A stretch of 64,000 bases of DNA, taken from the NCBI GenBank assembly GCA_964611625.1, contig CAZTAM010000008.1, forward strand, positions 45,387-109,386. The letters run 5' to 3'. Each line of letters opens with the position of its first letter. The stretch's first letter is position 1. The notes beneath the pieces were generated by a model that searched no databases, was not told where the DNA came from, and saw only the letters and a list, made by a program, of their open reading frames with translations. Shown piece after piece: positions 47,410 to 59,400 of the stretch. The stretch comes from an uncultured Nitrospiraceae bacterium (GTDB lineage Bacteria > Nitrospirota > 9FT-COMBO-42-15 > HDB-SIOI813). A program made the position numbers and the translations under genes.

Positions 47410-50400
47410 TTATCGTTTACCCGGGGACAGCCTATTTTCAGGACGACTTGATTTGCCAGGTACCTGTATTTTCTGTTTTTCAGTTGATATTTCAACAGGT
47501 TCTGATTCTTTAACAGACCCGTCATTTGACACTGCCTCAATCCTGTATTTATAGACTCTGTTATTTCGTACACCTGCATCTCTGAATGTGTAAAGAAGAC
47601 CCCTTTCTCCGGCCTGTGATGAGAAATATGGTATCGGTATAGTGTTAACTATTTCTCCCTTTTTATCTTTATTATCCCATCTCTGAACATTAAATCTGCT
47701 TATCTTTCCGACTGACACCCATGTGAGAACAGCCTTTCCATCTTCATCAATCGTTACCTCAAACGGCTCAGTCACTTTGTCCCCGTCTTTAACCTGTCTG
47801 ACACCCAATTCATTGCCATTGTCATCTTCTATCTTGATTTCAAACTCACCGGGAGAAGGATATTCTTCTTTTACAGGCTCTGCTGACACCTTACCTTTAG
47901 CTGCATAGGTACTTTCTGACCCACGATCGGTCAACTCATAGCCTGTAACTTCTTTACCCACTTCATCTGTGATGATATTTCCCTCGTTAATTGCGTCTTC
48001 AGCTGGAGAACTAACTTGTTGATCTGCCTCATTAATAGCCATGGAAGGGCTGACAATTAGAGGGACATCTCCTGCTTCAGCCGATGATGGCAGAGCTGTT
48101 GAATCTGTAACCTGATTTGAAGGAGTTGCAGAAGCAATCATATGGGTACTTATACTGCCATTAATGTCTACATTTTCCAGTTTATAGTAATAAGTAACTC
48201 CATTTTCCACATCCGTGTCCTCAAAGTTGTAAGTTTTACCAGAGGTCGGAGAACCCTTGGACCTTATAAGCCAGCTGTTAATCCTGGTAAATGGTCCAGA
48301 CATGGTTGGCCCTCTCAAGATATTAAATCCCATACTGTCAACTTCCGCAGCTGTTGACCATGTCAGCAGTATCTTGTCTGCAATGCCGACTGCTTTGAAG
48401 GATGTAAGTGTAACAAGAGTGGCTTCTTCTACTGCTGCAGAAAATTCTGAGAAGCTGTATACATCTCCGCATACGAAGTTGTTATTTACATCAAGTACCA
48501 CTGTGCGGTCCCTGAAGATGCCGCCCTCAACATGCAGCCACCTTAAGCCTCTCTCTCCGCCGTAACCAACACCAAAGTATCTCTGATCCGCATATGTAAA
48601 ACACATCCTGACTTTTCCGGTATATGTCGCAGTTGTCCATATATCGAAGTATGCAGGCGGTGAGCCATGAAGGAAGCCGGATGGGAGAGTTGAACCGGTC
48701 TGGGAATTTGTAACATATGTGTCACCTGTAGCCGTAACCTGATCAAAGGTTATAGTCACGTTTACATCCGGTTTCACTACAACATTTAACCCGACTGGTG
48801 TGTAGGTGTTTGTTACGACAGGACCGCTCAGGTTTCCGGATTGGGGCAATAATGCCGACTCAAGCCCGTCCGAAGCATCAAAGTAATAATTATGTGTTCC
48901 GTCAGTCAGTGTATTACTGTAAATATATTGCTCACCATTCGCATAGTTTCCATCCCTTAATGATGCTGCTGCTGAAGCGTCCACTGCCATTGAATTACAT
49001 GTACCGTCCAGGCACAATCTGATAGATGAAGGCGCCTGATTGTCCAGGTCGGTGTAGACTGTTTTGAATCTGAATATAACATTTGTATTTCCATTATCAG
49101 GATCCACACCATCAGTAACATATCCGGCCTCTGCAGAGAATGACAGAGTCGGCTTATAGTTGACACGCGGACCGTTAAGGCTCCCGGATAAAGGTGTTTT
49201 TGTGTATGCCAGTCCATCCATGGTCTCGAAATAATAAACATGATTACCAGGGTTAAGGGTATTAATTGCGAAGGTATACTGCTCGCCGTTGCTGTATATG
49301 CCGTCTCTTAGTGTAGAATTCACGGCCGACGTATCAAGGCTCATTGCCGTGCAGGGGGTTAAATCAATGCATACCCTGACATACGTCGGCGGATTATTGT
49401 TGATATCGCGATACACAATCTTGTACCTGTAGGTAGCACTGCTGATTCCAATATTGGGTTCAACGCCATCTCCGCTGCCGTAACCCGTTTCAGTAGGATA
49501 ATTGAGTTCCGGCGGTACATTCGTCATTGATATGGATGCCTGGCCCGTAGCGCTTCCCTGAACAGAGTTGGCGGTAACTGTCGCACTTCCTGCAGTAGTG
49601 GCAGAACGCATAACAAATGTAATTATTCCTCCGCTTACAGAAACCTGAATACCAGGTGTAACTGCGTCAGCGTCTGATGTTGTAATAGTCCCCATACTGG
49701 TAGAAACGGTGATCAGAGTTCCATTGGAGACAGTATTATTGTATACATCCCTGATGACACCGCTTGTAATGGTGCTTTGAGAGAGACCATCTGCCGGAAT
49801 GGACGCCGGGACAGGGGTCAGGGAGATCGTCCCATAAGGTTCACCTGAGACAAAATCAATCTGTGTGCTTCCACTGGCACTCCCCTGTACTGAGAAGGCT
49901 GTTATAACTGCACTGCCTGAAACTGTTACTGATCTTACAACGAAACTTATAACTCCATTAACAGTTGCCACCTGAACACCGGCGTATACTCCACTTGCAT
50001 CAGCAGTCGTGATAGTCCCTCTGTCAGTTGCTACTGTTATTAGCGTCCCATCGAGCACTGTATTGCCATTGGCATCAGTTATTATGCCGCTGGTTACAGT
50101 ACTTAATGATAGACCATCGGCTACTATACTTGCCGGACTTGGTGTAAGTACTACTGCGCCGGAAGGATTGCCGGGGAGTAAGGTAATCTGAGATGTACCA
50201 GCAGCAGTACCGGACACAGACTGGCCGGTTATGACGGCCGTGCCGGCGACTGTACCGCTCTGGACTATAAAACTTATAACGCCGTTAACCGTCGGTACCT
50301 GAATACCCGCATAAGCGCCGCTGGCATCCGTAGTAGTAATAGTGCCGAGGTCGGTCGCGACTGTTATCAATGTCCCGTCCTGCACTGTATTACCATATGC

Positions 50401-53400
50401 ATCGACAATCACACCGCTTGTTACAATACTTGTTGTCAGCCCGTCCGCGACCATGCTGGCAGGTAACGGTGTAAGAGAAATCGTGCCTGCAGGCAAGCCG
50501 GGAAGGAATGTTATCTGGGTGCTGCCGGCTGCACTCCCCTGGACTGACAGGGCAGAAATATTTGATGTACCGGCAACGGTGCTGGATTGAACTATAAAAC
50601 TTATTACACCATTGAGTGCAGAAACCTGTATCCCTGCAATGGCGCCACTCGCATCTGCTGTTGTAATACTGCCATTGCTGGCACTCACTGTAATAAGTGT
50701 ACCATCTGCTACACTGTTACCATGAACGTCCGTGATTATTCCGCTGGTTACAGTGCTTGTTGCTATACCGTTGGCAGCTATGCCTGCCGGAACCGGGGAA
50801 AGAGAAATAGTTCCTGAAGGGACATCTGACAGTATAGTCTCCTGCTGACCTGCAGGAAGAAGTAACGCTGCGGCATCAGCTATATTTATAGTTGGAGTTC
50901 CGATGGCAGTATCTTTGAAGAAGAATGTCCCTATGCCATTGACCATATTAACCGGAATTGCAGTCAGACTAAACGTCCCGCCGCTGTTTGTATCCAGATA
51001 AAGTGATGCTGAATTGCTGGTTATATTTACGGTACCTGAATAGCCGGTATCAGTGACTCCAAAATCATCCTTTGCCTCAACCTGTACTGCTCCTGATACA
51101 TAACCGGCAACTACATTCTGGGGAGAAGTAGTAATCTGAAGATTAGTTGCGCTTGTAGCACCGGTAGCAAACTCAGAGAAGCTGGTAACTATACCACATA
51201 CTGTGTTGGTTGCTGTATTCACTGAGGTCGTTCTGTCTACAAGGACACCACCTTCATTATGCAGTATCTTAACAAGACCCTCTCTTGACGCATAGGTTGC
51301 CTCATTGTAGGTAATACATACTGTTACATTTCCGCTGAATGCCGAGGTAGTGCCAATGTTAAAATAGACAGGGCTGACATAACCTGCCGGCAGCGGAGTA
51401 CCTGAACCGACTTGCACAGATGAAGTGATACCAATGGTAATGACCATATCAAAGGTTAAAGATGTATTGCCGGACGGGCTGACAGTGATATTTGATCCTG
51501 TCTGAGTATTATAGAAATTGATACCTGCGGTCTGAACCACTGTAACAGTACCATTAACAGTGGCTGATATTATTGCATCTCCTGTTGCCAGAGATGCCAC
51601 TGTCCCGATAATCTGTCCATTCGCATTAGTCACGCCCACAGGCTGAGAAATAATATCACTAATACCCCGGCTTGAAGTCAGCGATACGGTTGCCCCGCTT
51701 ACCAGGTTCATATTGGAATCTCTGACCGTTATCGTCACAGTAGAGGCGCTTATACCGTCTGAATAAACGGGACTTGATGCTGTAATTGTGCTGTTCGCCG
51801 CGGAAGGCGTTCCTGCAAGAAATACAATCTGAGTAGTACCAGCCGCATTCCCAAGTACAGACTGGGCTGTTACATCAGCAGTTCCGGATGTTACCGCCGA
51901 CTGTACGGTAAAGTTTACAACACCGCTGGCTGTTACAACCTGGATTCCTGCATCTGCTCCGCTTGCATCAGAATTGGTAATAGTTCCGAAGTTAGTAGAT
52001 ACAGTTACGAGAGTGCCGTCAGATACAGCGTTACCATACGCATCTGCGATCACCCCGCTTGTTATAATACTTGTAGAGATGCCGTTTGCTATAATACTCC
52101 CCGGGACCGGCGTAAGTGAAATAGTACCTGCAGCAGGGCCTGGCTGTAATACAATATTGCTGTTTCCTGTTATTACAGACAACACAGTCCCTGTTGGAGA
52201 CTCAACACTGAGGTTTGCTGTACCACTCACGGTGCCTGTAAGTGTCCTCGTAATCACGCCGGAAACTGTAGTCCCGCTGCCTGTAATCGTGCCAAGTGAT
52301 GATACTACCCTGACTGTTGTACCGTCCGGTACGAGGTTTCCGCTGGAATCCCTTATCGTTACTGTCAGGACTGAAGAATCTGTACTGTTTGCAATAATGG
52401 TCGTCTTAGATGCAGAAATATTAGCATCCGACGGTACGCCAGGATTAAATACTATCGTTAAATTACCTGTAACATTCGACAATGTTGTACCAGCGGGAGC
52501 CTGAACTCCGAGCACTCCGGTTCCGCTCACTGTACTTGTGAGTGTACGCGTTACTACCCCGTTGACTGTTGTCCCGGTTCCGGTTACTGTGCCAACAGTC
52601 GTTGTTACTGCAACGGTTGTCCCATTGGCTACAAGGTTGTTATTTGCGTCAAATACAGTAATCGTCAATATACTGCTGTCCAGGCCATTTGCCACGACTG
52701 CTGTCTTTGATGCCGAGATTACCGCCTTGGCCGGAACTCCAGGCAGCAATGAAATACCTGTATCTCCTGTAACAGCTGCAAGCGTTGTCCCGGATGGCGA
52801 CTCAACACCCAGCACCGCAGTCCCTGCTGTCAACCCGCTCAGATAACGCGTGACAACACCATTAACAGTGTTGCCGCTTCCGGTAACAGTCCCGAGTGAG
52901 GTTGTCAGCGTAACTGATGTCCCATTAGTTATAAGATTTCCCTGAGCATCACGAACTGTAATTGTCAACACCGTCTGGTCAACACCGTCAGCTACGACTG
53001 ATGTCTTGGAGGCAGCTATGCTGGCCTGTGAAGGAACATCAGCCATAAATGACAGATTGGTATTGCCTGTAAGATTAGTAAGTGTTGTTCCAGTCGGAGA
53101 TTCAACACCAAGTGTGGCTGTACCACTCGTCGTACTTGTAATAGTCCTTGATACAACACCATTGACTGTGGTTGTCGTGCCGGTCACGGTTCCATTGGTT
53201 GCAGCCACTGTTACCGTAGTTCCATCCTCCACAAGATTGTCATAGGAATCATATACTGTAACAGTCAGCACTGAACTGTCTGTGCCATTTGAAATTATTG
53301 TCGTCTTGGATGCTGCTATATTAGCCTTTGAAGGTGTTGCTGCAGATACAGTAATCGAGAAGGCCCTGCTGGCAGTAATATTGTAGGCATCAGCAATCTG

Positions 53401-56400
53401 TACAGTAAAATTGCTCGTACCGCGGATAGCAGGTGTACCGGATATGACGCCGCTGCTGCTGTTTAGCATAAGACCTGCCGGCAGGCTGCCTGACGTCAAG
53501 CTCCAGACAACCGGTACAGTTGCTCCTGTAAAGCTGAGTGCCTGACTATACGACACTCCGGCAATTCCGCTGTTAAGGGAAGCTGTTGTAATGGCCGGGA
53601 CATCATTAACCTGAATACTTAGCGCCTTTGTTGCTGCAGCCCCATTCGCGTCAATGGCCTGCAGAGTAAAGCCCGCAGTCTCCACTGCTGAAGGGGTACC
53701 GGAAATCTCGGCTGTAGCACTATTTAGCGTCACGCCTGCAGGAAGAACTCCAGCCGCTATACTCCAGGTCAGCGGAGGTTTTCCACCTGATGCCGCTGGA
53801 GTTTGACTATAAGGCGCTGTCCTGGTCCCTGCAGGAAGAGATGAAGTAATAATAGCCAGGGAGGAATATACGTTTATACTAAGAGACCGGCTTGCTATGG
53901 CTCCATTGGCATCAACAACCTGTAATGTGAAGTTGGAAGTGCCGGCTGCAGTTGCAGTACCTGAAATTACTCCCGTGCTGCCGTTTAATGACAGACCGGC
54001 CGGCAGGCTGCCTATTATTACTGACCATGCATACGGCAACTTGCCTCCTGCCACTGTTAGAGTCTGATTATAGGCAAAGTTCACAGTTCCATCGGCCAGA
54101 CTGGCTGTTGTCACAGAAATGGACGGATAGACAACTATCGTTAGAGGTTTGGTGTCTGTAGCCCCGTTAGCATCCTGTACCTGTGCTGTAAAATTATAAG
54201 TATTTTCAGTTGTTGGTGTACCGCTGATCAGACCAGTTGATGTATTAAGAGCAAGCCCCGGAGGCAGACTGCCGGCAGACAGACTCCATACATATGGAGA
54301 CTTTCCACCTGTGGCAATCAATGACTGATTATATGCAGCACTGACCGTAGAATCATTTACAGAAGTCGTAGTCAGTGATAATGCTGTGTAAACAGTAATG
54401 GAAAGGCTCCTGGTGGCAGTAGCTCCATTATCATCTGTAACCTGAACAGTAAAGTTTGATGTCCCTGCTGAAGCCGGAGTACCTCCTATAACGCCGGTTC
54501 CACCTGTCAGAGACAGTCCGGTTGGCAGAGTGCCGGATAAGATACTCCATGAGTACGGGGTTTTTCCTCCACCTGCTGTAAGAGTCTGACTGTAAGACCA
54601 GTTGACCGTCCCATCAGAGAGTGATGCTGTACTGACACTCAAACCTGAGAATACAGCAATGGACAATGCCCTGGTACTGACAGCACCGTTAGCATCTGTA
54701 GCCTGTATAGTGAAATTGCTTGTACCGGCTGTTGTTGTGGTACCGCTGATTTCTCCTGTGGATGCGTTAAGGCTGAGACCAGCAGGAAGCACGCCTGCCG
54801 TTAAAGCCCATGTCAACGGGGTTTTACCTCCGCTTGCAGCGACTGTCTGACTGTAAGCCAGATTTACTGTACCGTCTGACAGTGCTGATGTGGTAATAGC
54901 AAGCACAGGATATACCGTGATCGTAAGTGCCTGATCCGCTGTAGCCCCGTTTGAATCAGTAACGCGAATAGTGAAATTAGCTGTACCAGCTGAAGTTGGT
55001 GTACCGGTTATAGAGCCGGACGAATTGTTAAGACTTACTCCGGCAGGCAGAGTTCCTGCCTGAACAGTCCAGGTGTACGGGGTCTTGCCGCCAATAACTG
55101 AAACACTCTGAGTATATATAAGGTTAACCGTACCATCTGTTAATGATGCTGTTGTAACTGAGAGGGCAGGGAATACAATTATTGACAATGCCCTGGATGC
55201 CGCAGCGCCGTTGGCATCTGTTGCCCTTACTGTAAAGTTTGAGGTGCCTCCCGCTGTCGGCGTACCGCTTATCTCTCCGGTAGCACTGTTAAGACTGAGC
55301 CCTGCCGGCAGTGTACCTACTGTTACAGCCCATGTAACAGGCGACTTGCCTCCGCTGCTTGCAAGCGTCTGACTGTAGGCAAGACTAACCGTACCATCGG
55401 ATAATGCCGTAGTTGTCACTGACAGCGCAGGATATATCGTTATGGATAATGCGCTCTCCACGTACGCACCATTAGCGTCTGTAGCCCGTAACGTAATATT
55501 CTCCGTGCCGGATGCCGTCGGCGTACCACTTATTGCTCCTGTCCCGCTGTTAAGACTTAGCCCTGCCGGCAGCACGCCCACAGTGATTGACCAGGCAACA
55601 GGCAGCCTTCCCCCGGTAGATGTCAGCGTCTGGCTGTAGGCAAGGTTCACCGTACCATCGGAAAGCGATGCAGTCGTAATCACAGGATATGCATTAACTG
55701 TTATAGACAGCGCCTTCGTCGCTGTAGCGCTGTTGTCATCCGTTACCTGTACCGTAATATTTGATACACCGGCTGTCGTCGGCGTCCCGCTTATTTCACC
55801 AGTAGCACCGTTAAGCGTAACCCCTGCAGGCAGGCTCCCCACTGTTACAGCCCACGTATACGGCGTCTTGCCGCCGGCAGCTGTCAGCGTCTGGCTGTAG
55901 GCAGTTGACTCCGTCGCCTGCGGCAGTGATGCCGTAGTCACTGCAAGCCCGGAGAAAATAGTAATAGTTAACGCCTGGCTTGATATTGCCCCATTCGCAT
56001 CCGTCGCACGTACCGTAAAGTTCGATGTACCGCCTGTAGTGGGCGTCCCGCTTATCACACCGGTCCCACTGGTTAATGTCACACCTAAAGGAAGGCTCCC
56101 GGCAACAACCGACCAGGTAACAGGCGCCTTACCGCCTGTGGATGTAAGCGTCTGACTGTATGCAAGACTCACAGTACCATCAGACAACGCCGTCGTCGTC
56201 ACTGAAAGCGCCGCATATACCGTAACAGACAGCGCACTCTCTGAGTATGCGCCATTCGCATCCGTCACACGCGCAGTAAAGTTCGATGTGCCGGCTGCAG
56301 TAGGCGTCCCGCTTATGACCCCGGTGGCTGTGTTAAGATTCAGACCGGCAGGAAGACTGCCCGTAGATATAGACCAGCTATATGGCGTCTTGCCGCCTGT

Positions 56401-59400
56401 TGCTGACAGCGACTGGTTATATGAAAGATTAACTGTACCATCTGACAGAGACGATGTCGTAAGCAAGAGTGCACTGTATATCTGGATAGAGAGCGCCTTT
56501 GTGGCCGATGCACCATTAGCATCCGTAACCTGTACTGTAAAGTTGCTTGTCCCGGCTGTCGTCGGTGTACCGCTGATTGCTCCTGTGGATGCATTAAGGG
56601 TAAGCCCGGCGGGAAGTGTGCCAACTGTTACAGCCCATGTATAGGGCGTCTTGCCGCCGGAGGCTAAAAGCGTCTGGCTATATGAAGAACTGGCTGTACC
56701 ATCTGACAGCGCCGCTGTACTTACACTGACTGATCCGTATATAGTAATTGATAATGCCTTGTCCTTTATAAAACCATTAACATCCGTAACACGCACCGTT
56801 ATGTTGCTCGTACCGGCTGTGGTAGGCAAACCGCTTATCTCTCCGGTACCACCATTAAGGCTGAGGCCGGATGGAAGCACACCTACCACCACAGACCAGC
56901 CAAGAGGGGATTTACCACCGGTCGCAGCAAGCGTCTGGCTGTAGGCAAGATCAATTGTACCGTCTGACAGAGCTGTCGTCGTTATGGTCAGAGTATCGTA
57001 TACCGTAACAGACAGCGCCTGACTTGCTGTCGCTCCATTCGCATCCTGTACCTGCACCGTAAAGTTGCTCACCCCGGCAGCAGCAGGCGTACCGCTGACT
57101 ACACCGGATGAGCTGTTAAGACTTGTGCCGGATGGAAGCCCCCCTGCTGTCACACTCCAGCTATATGGCGTCTTGCCGCCGCTTGCCGACAAAACCTGAC
57201 TGTAGGAGGAACCAGCCATACCGTCAGGCAGTGATGTGGTGTTAATAGAAATTGCTGAGTATATGATGATTGACAGCGCCTTCGTCGCCACTGCCCCATT
57301 CGCATCCATTACCTGTACTGTAAAGTTTGATGTGCCGGCTGTATCAGGAGTCCCGCTGATTGCACCACTGCCGCTGTTTAAACTTAACCCTGACGGCAGT
57401 GTGCCTGCTATGACCGACCACACATATGGCGTCTTGCCGCCGCTTGCCGTCAGACCCTGGCTGTAGGCAAGGCTTACCGTGCCGTCTGTAAGTGATGTGG
57501 TAGTAACTGATACCACTGTATATACGATTATAGACAGCGCCTGGCTCGATACTGCCCCGTTCGCATCTGTCACCCTGACGGTAAAGTTACTCGTACCGGA
57601 TACAGAAGGTGTCCCTGAGATAACTCCGGTAACACCGTTTAACACCAGGCCGGTCGGAAGGCTGCCAGCTGTAACAGCCCATGTATATGGCGTCTTGCCG
57701 CCTGCTGCCGAAAGCGCCTGGCTGTACGCTGCATTCACTGTACCGTCAGCAAGCACAGCCGTAGAAACACTCACTGCACTGTAGACCGTAATGCTCAACG
57801 CCTTCGTCTGCGTAGAAAGATTGTTGTCAGTTACCTGAACCGTAAAGTTGCTCGTACCGGCTGTAGCAGGAGTACCACTGATTGCCCCGGTAGAACTGTT
57901 TATGCTGAGACCAGGAGGCAGGCTGCCAACCGTAACAGCCCATGTATACGGCGGCTGACCACCGGACGCCGACAACATCTGGCTGTAGGCGGCAGTAACT
58001 GTACCATCTGAAAGCGCTGCCGTTGTAATCGTCAGTCCTGAGTAAATCGTCACAGACAGCGCCTGGCTTGCTGTACGAGCGCCACTGTCACTCACCTGCA
58101 CTGTAAAGTTCCAGGTACCAGTGCCAGAAGGCGTTCCGCTTATCTCACCGGTAGAACCATTCAGACTCAGTCCCGTCGGAAGGGTGCCGGAGATCACACT
58201 CCATGTATATGGCGTCTTACCGCCGGCGGCGGCCAGCGTCTGGCTGTACGAAAGACTGATAGTACCGGCTGAAAGAGCAGAGGTCGTTACACTAAGAGGA
58301 TTATATATATCTATCGCCAATGCCTGATCAGACGTCGCTCCATTCGAATCCGTCACACGCACCGTAAAGTTGCTCGTACCGGACACTGAAGGCGTGCCGC
58401 TTATAACACCCGTACCACTATTAAGACTCAAACCGGTTGGAAGAGTTCCGGCAGGAAGACTCCAGCTATATGGCGTCTTGCCGCCTGCTGCTACAAGTGT
58501 CTGGCTGTAGGATACACCTACCGTGCCGTCAGACAATGCGGCAGTCGTCACTGACACAGCTCCGTAGATTACTATGGCAAGGGCCTTAGTCGCTGTCGCA
58601 CCATTAGCATCCTGTGCCTGTACCGTAAAATTAGATGTACCCGAGGCAGAAGCTGTACCGCTTATCGCTCCACTGCCGCTGTTTAAACTCAATCCTGCAG
58701 GCAACGACCCCACTGTCACTGACCACGCAACAGGACTCTTGCCGCCAGATGATACAAGTGTCTGATTGTACGCTAAACCAACAGTGCCATCAGATAATGA
58801 CGACGTAGTTACTGTCAATGCACTGTAAACCGTTATAGACAGAGCCTGGCTCGCCGTTGCACTGTTAGCATCTGTAACCTGTACTGTAAAATTATATGTG
58901 CCGGCAGCTGAAGGAACGCCGCTGATTACTCCTGTCGTACTGTTAAGGCTCAGTCCAGCTGGTACAGATCCGGTTATAACGCTCCATGAATATGGGATGT
59001 TGCCCCCCGCTGCAGCAATGGGTGATGAGTATCCTGCATTAACAGTTCCATCAGGCAGCGATGCCGTTGTCACAGAAAGACCGCCGTATACCTGAATAGA
59101 AAGCCCCCTCGTTGCAACCCCGCCATATACATCCTGTACCTGCACTGTAAACGTAGCAAGTCCGGAAAGCGTTGGTGCTCCGGATATAGCCCCCGTAGCG
59201 CCATTGAGTGTCAGACCTGCCGGCAGGCTTCCGGCTGTCACAGACCATATATAAGGCGTCTTGCCGCCAGCAGCAGCAAGTGACGCCGCATAAGCACCGC
59301 TTACCGTACCATCAGGCAGGGCTGCTGTCGTGATGGCAACCGCTGAATAAATGGTAATTGACAGGCTCTTATTGTTTGTAAATCCATTGTTATCAGTTAC

